Below the pieces are notes generated by a model. That model was not told where the DNA came from. It was given only the letters and a program-made list of their open reading frames with translations, and did no database searches. A DNA stretch of 61,537 nt, the filler included. It is 14 parts of 14 records of this genome, joined end to end, with 100 filler letters (N's around TTAATTAATTAA, not from the genome) between each part and the next. Parts side by side here need not be neighbours in the genome. Positions count along the whole stretch, not along the records: positions 9,923 to 17,116 come from SRR7504441_67932; positions 17,217 to 20,522 come from SRR7504441_67983; positions 20,623 to 24,598 come from SRR7504441_68029; 11 more parts are not named here. The stretch is one strand, 5' to 3'. Within the stretch, counting starts at the first letter, position 1; every line of letters starts with the position of its first letter. A program made the position numbers and the translations under genes. Below are positions 13,899-24,698 of this stretch, one piece after another.

Positions 13899-14057
13899 CT
13901 TGTTTAAATAGTACTTTATAAAAATAGTCCGCTCACATATGTTACAACACGGGATCAAACTTGGCTGATTCCGTATTCAATAAAAATGATCCGGATCCAT
14001 CCATATAAGTTATTGTTCTTGTACTGTACCCTGAGTAGATTCGTTCGAAGCTCAGAT

Positions 14058-17000
14058 CTAGACCACGTACCCAAACATGTGATTTGAGAGCCTTGTCGCT
14101 GCGTCGTTTGCTAGTTTTGCGGTTTTGCACTTAGACAAGCTCCACGACGCATCTTTATAATCCACCTCGAAAGAAAGGTTTGCCCAACTTTGGTTTCCGA
14201 CCCAGCCCACCTTCAAATAATGATCCGAGTGTCCAGTTACCTACAACACAATAATTATAAAGATCAACACCACCGCTGTGCAGTGTTCATCAATGGGACC
14301 GACCTTGGCCAATGCCCACTGACGGTTGTCGTCGGACACAGCGAGCTGAGCGCCTATCGGTAGTTTTCGAGCTTCGCTCTCACTGTAAAAGCAATGTTGG
14401 GCCGTACGGGAAGTTTCTGGAGTTGCTACGTGGCGGATGTATCGGCCATTCGTACAACGATGCAGCGCTTGGATCCAAGGTGCAACCAGATGTGCCAGCA
14501 CGTCCTTTTGGATCGTATTTCCTAGCACCCGCCAACTCTCTGCAGATGCGTTGGCCACACCCACTGCGACGGTGAAGTGCTTGTGGTGGTAGCCCATGAG
14601 CACGGACGTGGCCTTGATGCCGAGGGTATGGTAGACCTCTTGCCTATCCCGGCTGGGCGACCTCACTATGTTGATGCCGCCATGTGCCTGAGACAACATG
14701 GCAGCAGGGCTTCTTTCAAACCGTTGGGGTGGTGGCATTTCAGCCCTTGGTGTTCGGGCCTTTTTCCGCTTGCCATGAATCTGCGAACCTTCGACCCACT
14801 CTGGTTCCAGGCACTGCTTCCCATGCGCTTTGATGTAGTCGTTCAATACGGTTGTAACTGCTAGCAATCGCCTGCTGTCGTTCGGTGACACTGGTTTGAC
14901 CGGGTATGTCGTGGCAAATGTGCGATCTCGATGCAGGGCTGAAACGGTGGCTGCATTTAAGTTGAACAGATTCCAATCAGTTGCAAGCTCCACTGAAGAG
15001 ATCAGGTGTGCTGGCATGTCTCCACACTCGAAGATGGTGTGGGGTGACACGTGCCCTAGCTCCTTGTTATGCTTCTCCAGTTGCTCCTGTGCTGCCAGGA
15101 AAACATCGATCTCGTCCATGGACGCGCTGCCTCTGTTCTTCACAACTCTCGCATGACCCTTGCACGATGGGGTATTCAAGATCAAAGACACGAATCGCTT
15201 CCCGAATAGCTCCCGTACCCGTGCAGGGGTAAGTAGCTGGTGAACGTCACCACGGCAGCAACCCTGCCACGCATCAGCAATTTCAAGTTCGACTCCGCAG
15301 TCTGCTGGCCAGTGACGAGCGCACAAGGACAGACATGGCACAGAAGTCTCAAAGACCCAGTATCCTGCAAGCACACTCTCGTTCAGCAGCCCAGCTTGAT
15401 ACAGCTCCAGGGCAAGTGGATTGTGGCCTCCCCCAAGTACTACCACCAGGCCACCAGTGGCGACTTGGAATTGCTGCTCGGCCTTGTGCGCCTGTTGTCC
15501 AGTCCATAGGTTCTCCAGGCTCTTGTGCTGACTAGCTGATGATTCTCTTGCCAGCTCCTCTTGTGCACAGACCTCATCGAGCCATGCACACGCTGCTGGG
15601 TCCGATCTGCATGTCTCCCAGCTCAATTGCGCGGGTCTGGGCTCTGAACTTGCACTCCGTAATCCATAGTGGGAAACTCTCTCCTGCGCTGCCCACCGCT
15701 GAGCCTCGAGCATCAATGCACAGCCAGATTCTGAGCGTGAAAACTGAGCTGGCTTGATAGCAAGGATGAGCTCGAAAAGGCACGTCTCAAGCTGAGGTAG
15801 TGTGTCGCAGTTGAGGAATGGCAGCTTCCATCTATCGCCACTCGCGAGCCAGGCATCTTGCAGTGTAGTGCCATCTGGAAACACGTCTCGGCCCTCACAA
15901 GGAATCCAGTCGGCACGGAAAGCTCTCGGTCTCAGACGCGAGAGCAAGTGCAGGAGGGACACAGCCAGCTTTCGAAGGAACTTTTGCGATCGTGCAGCGC
16001 TGCCACCGCTCGTGTCACTGCGGACGAGCTCGTTCAACGCAATGGCGTAGTCCTGATCAAAAAGTATTCCACACGAGGCGGAGAGCATGTCGCGAAGTCT
16101 GATTGCAACTTGCAAGAGACCTGGCAAAGATTGCGGAGCCATGGGATTGTCACTCCAGTCAAGGTTCAACGTGTGACAAACGGGCTTTGCAGCGCTCCTG
16201 ACCAACGTGGCAAGCAGATCGGCCAGCCGGACCAACGAACTCCTGGCTTTATGCAAGCCATCATTGTGCAAGCCATCATTATGCAACATCAGCTGATCAA
16301 ATGAACCGAGCTGCGTCTCGGAAGGGTTGGGCGGCAGCCTTGTGCGCGTCATCACTGCCAGGCCGTGGCACGCACTGCACGCGCCTATGGCTGCCGCACA
16401 GACCTCACCCGCTGTTGTGGGCCGTTCGCGGTGGCCTGTTGCTGCATCAGCGAGTGAGGTTGTTGGCTCAGGGGAGAGCGCGCCGTCGTCTGTAAAACGC
16501 TGGATTGTCGGTTCGATCGCGCACTTGGCGATCAGCCCGTTCACCTTGCTCAGCCACCGTTCAAACCGTCTATCAGTTGTCCAGTGGCCCGAGGCGGCAG
16601 CTGCGTCCAACACCTCGCGGCACAGCGTCCCTGAGGCCTGTCGCAGAGCCTCGGCCCGTGCGGACAGCTGTGCAAGGTGTCTTCGAATGGGAGCTCCGCG
16701 GTCGTCTGGCGCTACAGTGGTGCCGATTCGGGGGCGCTTCGTATTTGTGCAACCGGTCGGCAGAGGAGGTCGCTTACTGTTGGGCAAAGCCTCTGCCATT
16801 GGGGCCGATTCGTCCTCCCTTCGGAGTCTGATGTGCTCAAACGGCACCGTGTGCAAGACCTCTTTGTCGTCGAACGCAATGCAATAGCTGAGGTCCTCGT
16901 TGCGCTGGGTGATCGTGCCAGGGTACCAAGAGCTTTTGTCATTGGCTCGATTCCAGTCGGGTCGATCGGGCGCGGCGCCCCAGACTCGGCAGCCGGGCTG

Positions 17001-17076
17001 GTAGCCTACCGATGGATCGGTAGTCGCCCGCGAGCGCTGCGACCGCCGGACCCACTCGATCTGCATTTGCCGTTTG
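14058..17076 (-). CDS. Tudor + WHIM-like + divergent DNMT3-like C5 cytosine methyltransferase domain + Tudor/chromo-barrel; 5' partial
   Basis: C5-MTase motifs are in order, including NAATVSALHRDRTFATT, LMGYHHKHFT and WRVLGNTIQKDVLAHLVAPW. N-terminal Tudor: WYPGTI...YCIAFDD...VPFEHIR. Intron 14241-14303 completes WALAK|VTGHSDHYLKVGWVG; stop at 14058. Confidence 0.72.
16252..16286. repeat. 15-nt coding tandem duplication (LHNDG x2)
   Basis: tgcaagccatcatt occurs twice with a period of 15. Confidence 0.8.
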
Positions 17077-17088
17077 CTGGGAGAAAAA

Positions 17089-17116
17089 ATAAAGATAAAG
17101 ATAAAGATAAAGATAA
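17089..17116. repeat. (ATAAAG)n microsatellite at contig end, intronic on the minus strand
   Basis: About 4.5 copies. On the minus strand it runs into TTTTTCTCCCAG, an acceptor preceding the DNMT3-like exon. Confidence 0.85.
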
Positions 17117-17216
17117 NNNNNNNNNNNNNNNNNNNNNNNNNNNNNNNNNNNNNNNNNNNNTTAATTAATTAANNNNNNNNNNNNNNNNNNNNNNNNNNNN
17201 NNNNNNNNNNNNNNNN

Positions 17217-18153
17217 GCACATCGAGCGGCTGGCAGCTGGGATGGCCACCCTGCACCAAAAGTGCGAGGCGATGGAGCGGGAGAAGGCGGACACTACACT
17301 GGGGGATAAGCTGCAGGCCTCGGACGAGCGACTGAACGAAGTGCCCCCCGCGGCTGCGGCCAGGGGCAAGCCGGCCGGCCAGGCCGTCGGGGCGCTGCAG
17401 ACCATGCTGGCGTGCAAGGCGGACCGTAGCGAGTTCAACTGCCTGTACGCCGCCACTGAACGGGGTGCGGCTGGCCCTGCCTGCCGTGGGCTGAGCGGCG
17501 GGGCAGCGCGGCATTTCGAGAAATTCCAGCAGCAAGCTGAGGCCAAGCTGTCCGAGCTGGACCGAGCGCTCGAGCACTGCTCGCAGCTGCTGGCCGGCCG
17601 GGTAGCAGGGGATGAGATGGAGCGAGTGTGCGTGCGGGTGGCCGCGCTCGAGCGGAGCTGCGTGGACCAGGGAGACAAGCTCCACCCCGGTACCCCGCAC
17701 CCGGTTGGCCGGGATGAACGGCTGGCAGGTGAGGCAGTTCATTTCCGGAGTGCGCTGGCACAGGCGGCCACCAAGGAGGAGCTGCACACTGCGCAGGAGC
17801 AGAATAGGGGGTTCATGGACAAGGTGGACGGGCTGCTTGAGCGGCTGTGGGCCGTGCAACGCGAAGTCAGCCAAGCCGCCCCACGAGGCTCGCTCGAGCA
17901 TCTGATCGAGGTGGTCGGGCGCAAGGCGGACAAGACCGAGCTGAACGCTGTAGCGAGCAAGAGGTGGTGTGAAGATCTTGCGGAGATGTTGCGAGGAGAG
18001 ACTCGAGCCGCGACTGAGGACCTACAACACCGACAAGGGCACACGAGCACCGAAATGGAAAGGTACAAGGCCGAGACGATCGACTTGCGTTGGCAAGTTC
18101 AAGAGCTACAGACCAAATCGCAACTGATGACACGATTCATCAATGCTTTTTAG
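17217..18153 (+). CDS. Coiled-coil protein with KAD repeats (DUF4795/QRICH2-like); 5' partial
   Basis: EKADTT, CKADRSEF, RKADKTEL. Three in-frame GT-AG intron candidates of 39-42 nt interrupt the helical pattern. Confidence 0.55.
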
Positions 18154-18393
18154 ATTAGAGATAGAACGACGTTCATAGGATTTAGTACTCACACAGTCAT
18201 ACTATGAGCACTACTCATGGCACTACTCGTACGTACAATAATTGATGCACAATCATGTACAATCGTACCGATGAAATCTTGCATCAGTACATTGACACAT
18301 TTCATCGTCAGTTCATGGAATCTAATAGGTTCCCCGTTGGCCCCCTTCGACTGTGCAGTCGGTACGACGCATTGCTAGACTCAAGCTCGCCTA

Positions 18394-19921
18394 TCAGTAC
18401 CAAGGTCCCTCGCGCCACTCCTCTACCACCGGCATGCTCCTGGACTTGCAAACCACTTGGCTGCTTTTCGGATTCGGTGTGCACTTCATATGCCGCACAC
18501 CTTTGAGGTGCATTTCCTCTTCGACGCAAACAGACTTTACGTTCTGCGTCGTTGGAAAGGTATTTTTCGTGACCTTGTTCGTACAGCCACCACGCCGGAC
18601 GTCATCTGAGTCAACCCAATCCCCTGCGCCAGAGCTCAGCCAAAATGCAGCACCATGATTAATACCTGCAGGCGTAGATTGGGTATTGCAGAATGGTTCG
18701 TAGTCGGCTCCAAACCATTTGCAACGACGATGTCCTCGCATCTTGATGAATGGCCCCTTGTTGATGTCAGTACCTGGGCCCATCAACGAGCTGAACATTG
18801 GCAAGATATCCTTGTTCTTCTTCAGCTCCTCGACATCCCAAAGCTTTGAAGTAATGGGAATCAGCCTTTTGACCTCCGCGTTCTTGATGCACTGCTCGTA
18901 CTTGTTGGGGTCTCTGGCAGTCTCTAGAATCAGCCTGACCGATGCAGTGAGCGCCATCACTTGAATCTCCTTATTCCGCTTATTCTCTGGAATTTCGTTG
19001 CACCCGTCTCCATAGCCCCGCCATTTCATGTTGGCCTCGTTGGTGAATTCAAGCCCAGCCTGGTTGCCCTCATCGTGCATCCATTTCGAATAGAATTGCT
19101 TTGTTGTTTTCGAGAGAGGAGACCAGTTCCTCTTGGCATGGGCAGATATGGCTCGCCGAGGATTGTTCTGATGGCCGGGCGCAAAGAGGTCTGATAGGAA
19201 ATGGCTTGCGCATCCGTTCATCACGATCGCTTCATTCACCCAACTCGCTCCATGTTTCTTGGCAAAGTCACAAGCTGCTTCGTGGCCAGCTTCGTATGCT
19301 TCCCACGCCCCAGCCCCTCCCTGTTGCTTGAAACTGGCAGTGGGCTGGGCTGCAAAATGGTCGTAGTTCTCGGCTGCCAGATCGGAATACGAACCGCAGC
19401 CTTCCGGCATGCTCGACCCAAAGACTTTGTCCCAGTAGCCCTTCAAAGTGAGCCTGACGTCGCCGACACTTTGATGGAATCTTCGCGGGTCGGCGGTGTC
19501 CTCCGACAAGCATCTCCACGGACCTGCCCGCGGTCATGCTGAAGGTGGGGACCGGGGAGGCACCTCGGAGGAATAGGCTCTTGGCCTTAGCTCGGTTGGC
19601 ATGGCTGTCTCCGGTCTTGAACGCGTCGCTGATGGCCGTCTTCCCTCCGTAATAGTCGCCGCACATGGCCAGGGCATCCGCGTAGTCAATGACGAAGCCG
19701 CCCTTTGTCTTGATCACAGCGCGGTCCATGTCATACTCGCGCGGCGCGACCTTCGAGCCGAGGCAATGGTGCTCTCCAGTATTGTAGGTTGCGAGCTCCT
19801 CCTCCGGAGCCACATGATCGGTCTCAACCAGCTCGGCTCGGAGGTAGTCGGCGCTGCTCGGCAGGCCGGTGGCGCAAGAGAGAACGGAGAGCGCCAGGAG
19901 GAGAGCGCTGGTGCGAGCCAT
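18394..19921 (-). CDS. Secreted zinc-dependent phospholipase C, Legionella PlcA/PlcB/PlcC-like
   Basis: Signal peptide MARTSALLLALSVLSCATG. Intron 19524-19563 joins two ORFs into 495 aa. Motifs: YNTGEH, GDYYG, NYDHF, HFLSDLFAPGH, MHDE, WRGYGD. Confidence 0.8.
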
Positions 19922-20023
19922 TGTATCGCTTTCGGCGGGTGGTACGTCAGCGGGCACGTCTGAATGGCCGTGCACGTCATACTTGTGAATGCTCAACGTT
20001 GCCCAAACACACTTGCCCAGGCT

Positions 20024-20522
20024 ATGGCGAGCGCGAGGCGCGCCCTGCTCATCGCGCTGGGGATCGCCATGTGTGCTGCGGACCCGGCGGCCGCCGGTTC
20101 GAGCTTCTGCGCCACCGGGGATCGGGAATCCGCGGTCGGGTTTTCGTTCGGGTCCAAAGACGAGCTAAGGCTGGCGCTATTCGCCTGGTGCAACGAAACC
20201 CGCCGAGCCGAGGTCGGCAACACCTGCGGCCCGATCGAGCGTTGGAACGTCTCCCAGATCAAGGACATGGCTGACCTGTTCAATTCCTTCATCTGCGAGG
20301 TGAGCGACCTGGCGGAGGACGGGTTCAAAAAAGGGTCCTGTGTTGAAGACCTGAACATGAAATCTTGCAACCCGCCGATCGGTGACTGGACCGTGAACCA
20401 AGCGACCGACATGAAGCTGATGTTCAATAGTGTCCCAGCGTTCAACAGGGATCTCAGCCGGTGGGTCGTGAGCCGCGTGACCAGCATGGAGCGGATGTTC
20501 TTACACAACCACGCGTTCAATC
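20024..20522 (+). CDS. DUF285/BspA-like repeat surface protein; 3' partial
   Basis: Signal peptide, then GPIERWNVSQIKDMADLF, IGDWTVNQATDMKLMF and FNRDLSRWVVSRVTSMERMF repeats. Confidence 0.85.
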
Positions 20523-20622
20523 NNNNNNNNNNNNNNNNNNNNNNNNNNNNNNNNNNNNNNNNNNNNTTAATTAATTAANNNNNNNNNNNNNNNNNNNNNN
20601 NNNNNNNNNNNNNNNNNNNNNN

Positions 20623-21138
20623 CCCGCGATCCCGCCGGCCACCAGCCCGAGCCCGGCCAGCGCCCCCAGCTGCGACACCTGGAACGAGCTGCTCCGCTCG
20701 CCCCGCTGCACCGTCTCCCAGGCGGCCTCCTCGAACACCACCAGCCCGGCCACCATCTTCTTCACCGCGCTGAGCACCCCGAGCGAGCTGGCCTTCAGGT
20801 TGCGCTCCAGTCCGAACCCGTCGAACCGGTTCTGCCCGTGCGTCACAAAGCTGCCCACGTCCGCGCTGGCCAGACGGACGGCCAGCAGCTGCTTGACCGA
20901 GGCGCCCGGGAGCATGTACAGCTGCCGGCTGCCGGGGGTCAGCTGGGCGGGCGGGCGGGCGGCACCCGTGCTCGTGCAGCCGGATGTGGTCGATGATGAA
21001 CGGGTAGGCGTTGTCTGGGGGGAGCGCGAGCCGGAGCAGCTCGTCCAGCACCCCCCGCACGATCTCGCCCAGCTCCGACTCGGCCAGGTACCGCTCGAGC
21101 ACCCGGGTCCGGGCCATCGACCGCGGTGTCGAGGCCAT
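20623..21138 (-). CDS. Protein with N-terminal RIIa/Dpy-30-like docking domain; 3' partial
   Basis: RYLAESELGEIVRGVLDELLRLALPPDNAYPFIIDHI. A 37-nt intron joins it to ORF 20571-20915. Confidence 0.6.
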
Positions 21139-21206
21139 CAGACTGCTGCTGCCAGGGGGCCCTTCCAAGAATAACGGAAGTCGAGGAAGGCGATTGATTC
21201 GAGAAG

Positions 21207-23072
21207 ATGCAGGCGGCGCAGCTTCTGGTGGGCATAGCCGTGCTGGCCACCGGGCTGCTGGCGCGGGGCGGGCTCCGCAACAACGACGGCTCGGAGCGGG
21301 CGGAGCTGCTCTTGCCGTCGCTTGTGGCCTGCCTGCTCTACCTCGCCGCGAGCTGGCTGTTCCCCCAGACCAAACCGGTCGGGCCACCCGCCCCGCTGGA
21401 GCTCCTGGCCACCCGCGTGCTGTTCAGTCCGGAGGAGCCCGAGCGGTCGAGTCCAGAGGAGCACTGGGGCTCCCCAGCCACGGGGCGCTCGCCCTCCAAA
21501 GCCACGGCCGGCTTCTCGCGCTCGCCTTCCAAAGCCATAGCCGGCTTCTCGCGCTCGCCCTCCCGGCGGCGGGACCGGCCGCTGCTCTCGCTGAGCTTGA
21601 GCCCGGCGAACGGGTTCGATCCGGCCGAGGCGCTGATGCTGGCGGTGACGGTGGGCGACACCTCGCGCCTGGCCAAGCTGAGCGCCAACGGCTGCGAGAT
21701 CCAGCGGGCCACCCGGCCAGCCAGCCTGCTCCACCTGGCGGCCGACTTCAACCAGACTGAGACGATCGGCCAGCTGCTGCTGAGGGACCCGCCGGCTGAT
21801 CTGGAGGCCAGGGACGGGATTGGCCGCACGCCGCTCGCCCGGGCCGCCAGGTTCGGGTCTGTGGGGGCGCTCCAGGCGCTGGCGGAGGCAGGCGCCGAGA
21901 CCCGCACACTGGACAGCTTCGGGAACGACCCGCTGAGCTGGGCGGCCCGGGGCGGGCATCGGACGGCGGTTGCGGAGCTGCTCAAGTGGTCGTGGGGCAG
22001 TGCTGGGCAGAGCAGGACCGCGCTGATGTGGGCGGCCCGGGGGGGGCACTGCGGGGTGATCCAGCTGCTGCTGGACGAGCAGGCCGACCCGAACCAGCCG
22101 GACGAGGTGGGCTGGACCGGGCTGCACTGGGCTGCCAGGTACAACCAGGCCGCGGCCGCTGTGGAGCTGCTGGACGGCGGGGCTGTGCCGGACGCAAAGG
22201 ACGAGAGCGGGTGCACGCCACTGATGCTCTCGGCGGCAGAGGGGCACTCGGCGGTGGTGCGGGCGCTGCTCGAAGAGGAGGCCGACAGCGATCTGGCCAA
22301 TCGGAGCGGGCTGACTGCGTTTGACTTAAGTCTGCGGGAAGGGCACGGGCAGACTGCGGCCGAGCTCGACCCTGCCCGGTGGCGCTCGATGCACGGCGGC
22401 GACACCGCGCTCAAGGCGGCGGCGACCGGCGATGTGGGCGAGCTTGGGCGGCTGCTGCAGGCCGGGGCTGGCCTGGCGAGCGACCAGAGCGGGCGGGGAC
22501 TGCTGACGCACGCGGTGCTCCAGCGACAGCCTGAGCCGCTCCGGCTGCTGCTCGAGCACAGTCCTGAGCTGGCCGGCTGCCCCGACGCGGAGGGCAGCCC
22601 GGCGCTGTGCTGGGCGGCCAGGCTGGGCTGGCCAGAAGGCTGCCGGATGCTGCTGGACGGCACCAGCAGCTACGCGCGAGCGGGTGGCGAGATGGCAGGC
22701 CCAGACGGCCGGAGTGCGCTCGCGTTTGCTGCTCAGAACGGGCACGCCGATATCGTGCAGATGCTGATCAGGGCGGGCGGCGACCCGGCGGGCTGCCTGA
22801 GTGCGGCGGCCCAGGGCGGGCACCTGCTGTGTGTCAAGGTGCTGCTGGCGGCCGGTGCGAACGTGGCGGCGGCCGACCAAGACGGCTGGAGCCCGCTGAT
22901 GGTGGCGGCCGCGGAGGGTCATGGCGGGTGCTGCACCGAGCTGGTGAGAGCCAAGGCGAGTCTTTACGGCGCCAACAGCGACGGGATGACGGCGGCAGAC
23001 TTGGCAGAGAGAGAGGGCCACGACCACATCCTGACGCTGCTCACCGAAATGCAGATCAGCCGCGAACTGTGA
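21207..23072 (+). CDS. Ankyrin-repeat protein with N-terminal hydrophobic segments
   Basis: Many GRTPLARAA/GWTGLHWAA/GCTPLMLSA/GWSPLMVAA repeats. Two hydrophobic helices in the first 52 aa. Confidence 0.92.
   Translation: MQAAQLLVGIAVLATGLLARGGLRNNDGSERAELLLPSLVACLLYLAASWLFPQTKPVGPPAPLELLATRVLFSPEEPERSSPEEHWGSPATGRSPSKATAGFSRSPSKAIAGFSRSPSRRRDRPLLSLSLSPANGFDPAEALMLAVTVGDTSRLAKLSANGCEIQRATRPASLLHLAADFNQTETIGQLLLRDPPADLEARDGIGRTPLARAARFGSVGALQALAEAGAETRTLDSFGNDPLSWAARGGHRTAVAELLKWSWGSAGQSRTALMWAARGGHCGVIQLLLDEQADPNQPDEVGWTGLHWAARYNQAAAAVELLDGGAVPDAKDESGCTPLMLSAAEGHSAVVRALLEEEADSDLANRSGLTAFDLSLREGHGQTAAELDPARWRSMHGGDTALKAAATGDVGELGRLLQAGAGLASDQSGRGLLTHAVLQRQPEPLRLLLEHSPELAGCPDAEGSPALCWAARLGWPEGCRMLLDGTSSYARAGGEMAGPDGRSALAFAAQNGHADIVQMLIRAGGDPAGCLSAAAQGGHLLCVKVLLAAGANVAAADQDGWSPLMVAAAEGHGGCCTELVRAKASLYGANSDGMTAADLAEREGHDHILTLLTEMQISREL
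21486..21563 (+). repeat. 33-nt coding tandem repeat (RSPSKA[T/I]AGFS)
   Basis: cgctcgccctccaaagccacggccggcttctcg, about 2.4 copies. Confidence 0.85.
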
Positions 23073-23263
23073 GCCTGTAATGCCAACTGATGCTAGAATA
23101 AAGGGCGATCGAAATGATCATGATTCAGATTATGTATTATTCAAACTTCATGTCAAACTCAGGTCAAACTTACTCGATCGATCGATTCATTGTGTACGGT
23201 TGTCCAGACCGATTTCAATGTTTACATAAGGTAACATACAGTGTACATAAGGTCTGCGTTAAG

Positions 23264-24504
23264 CTAGTTCGGATCGGGCCAGTCCAAGGCGGCCTTGCGC
23301 TGCTTGTCGAGCAGGCCCTCGCTCACGTGCCCCATCGCGCCGTACTGGTCTGCGGCCGTCGCGTCCCGCTGCTCATCGGCCGGCTCCACCCTGCTGACCG
23401 GACTGTACCGCCACCGGCGGGAGACCAGCCCTATCAGCCCCATGAGGAGCAGCCAGCTGGCCCCCATCATCCCCACCGCCAGCGCATCGAACGTATCCGC
23501 CGCCCGGCCGCCCCCCCCGCCCCCAAAGACGTCCCACAGCACCAGCCCCAGCGTGCACACGTACACCAGGCAGTCGCTCCCGAACACCAAGAAGCTGCAG
23601 GTGCCCGGGGTCCCGCTGAGCGCCACCAGCCGCTCGTACACTGGAGAGTTCTGGTACGCCTGCCCCGGCACTGAGCGGCCAACTGGCGGCTGCTACCACG
23701 TAGATCCCGGTGCCGGCCATCAGCTGCCAGACCAGCCCACTGGTCTGCCACCACTGGTGGGCCAGGCTGTTGATCACGAGCAGTCCCATCGCCCCAGCCA
23801 TGCACCCGAGCAGCAAGACCAGCCCCCTCGTATGCTCGCTCACTCTGTTCAGGCCCAGCAGCACCCCGGCCGAGCACACCGCCCCCGGCAGGTCGACAAG
23901 CAGGTAAAAACTGCTCGGGGGCGGCCGGCCCAGCGCACTCTCGAATATAGGCCGCGAGAACTGGTCTCTGTAAGACCTGAGCGTCCCCGTCATCGCGTAA
24001 CTCACAAACAGCAGCAGCAGGCACACGCGGTGATCGGTCACAAACTGGCACCGGGCCTCGGCGGTCATCGGCTGGCGCGGGCTCCGGGCGCGCACGTCCT
24101 CCGGGGAGGGAGCGGGCTGCCTGTCGAGCAGGTAGAAGCATCCGAGCGCCGGGGGGAGCGCCAGACCGGTGATCAGCAGCGGCATCCTGAGCGGCGGGCA
24201 GCCGGCGTCCAGCACCGCCTGGGCAGCCGCCTTGGCCAGCGAGCCGGCGAGCACGAAGGTGAACGAGATGGCGGCGATGAGCAGCTCCGTGGCGGTGCGG
24301 CCCTCGAGATAAGAGAGCACCGCCCCGAAGATCCAAGAGTTGGCCAACGACGACAGGAACATCCCCACGAGCCAGGCGGACGGCCAGCCCGGGAGCAGCG
24401 CCATCGGCAGCCCGATCATGAGTCCAGTGGCCCCGCTCAGCCCGGCCAGCACCAGCATCCGGTGCCTGTAGAAGACTCCGGACGAGACCACCGACACCGC
24501 CGGG
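23264..24504 (-). CDS. DUF5690-family MFS-like membrane protein; 5' partial
   Basis: WIFGAVLSYLEGRTATELL, PAPSPEDVRARSPRQPM, LRSYRDQF, GIYVAY...YERLVA. A short intron near 23660-23699 joins ORFs 23373-24497 and 23264-23671. Confidence 0.75.
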
Positions 24505-24698
24505 CTGCCCCTTGGTGAGGAGCCGGCCAGGCCGTTATGGGGTTAGGGTATAGGGCCTATCTGGAGGTGCCGACAAATCCAGATCGACTCAGGGAGTCNN
24601 NNNNNNNNNNNNNNNNNNNNNNNNNNNNNNNNNNNNNNNNNNTTAATTAATTAANNNNNNNNNNNNNNNNNNNNNNNNNNNNNNNNNNNNNNNNNNNN

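Noticed and set aside
21338-24518. Long antisense or overlapping ORFs (21338-22663, 21138-22247, 23295-24518; also 12700-13647 and 59571-60485)
   Set aside because: Shadow ORFs of GC-rich genes, rich in Ser/Ala/Arg/Pro and without motifs.
24539-24555. Telomere-like GGGGTTAGGGTATAGGG near a contig end
   Set aside because: Only one perfect unit, and it lies inside an intron of the DUF5690 gene.
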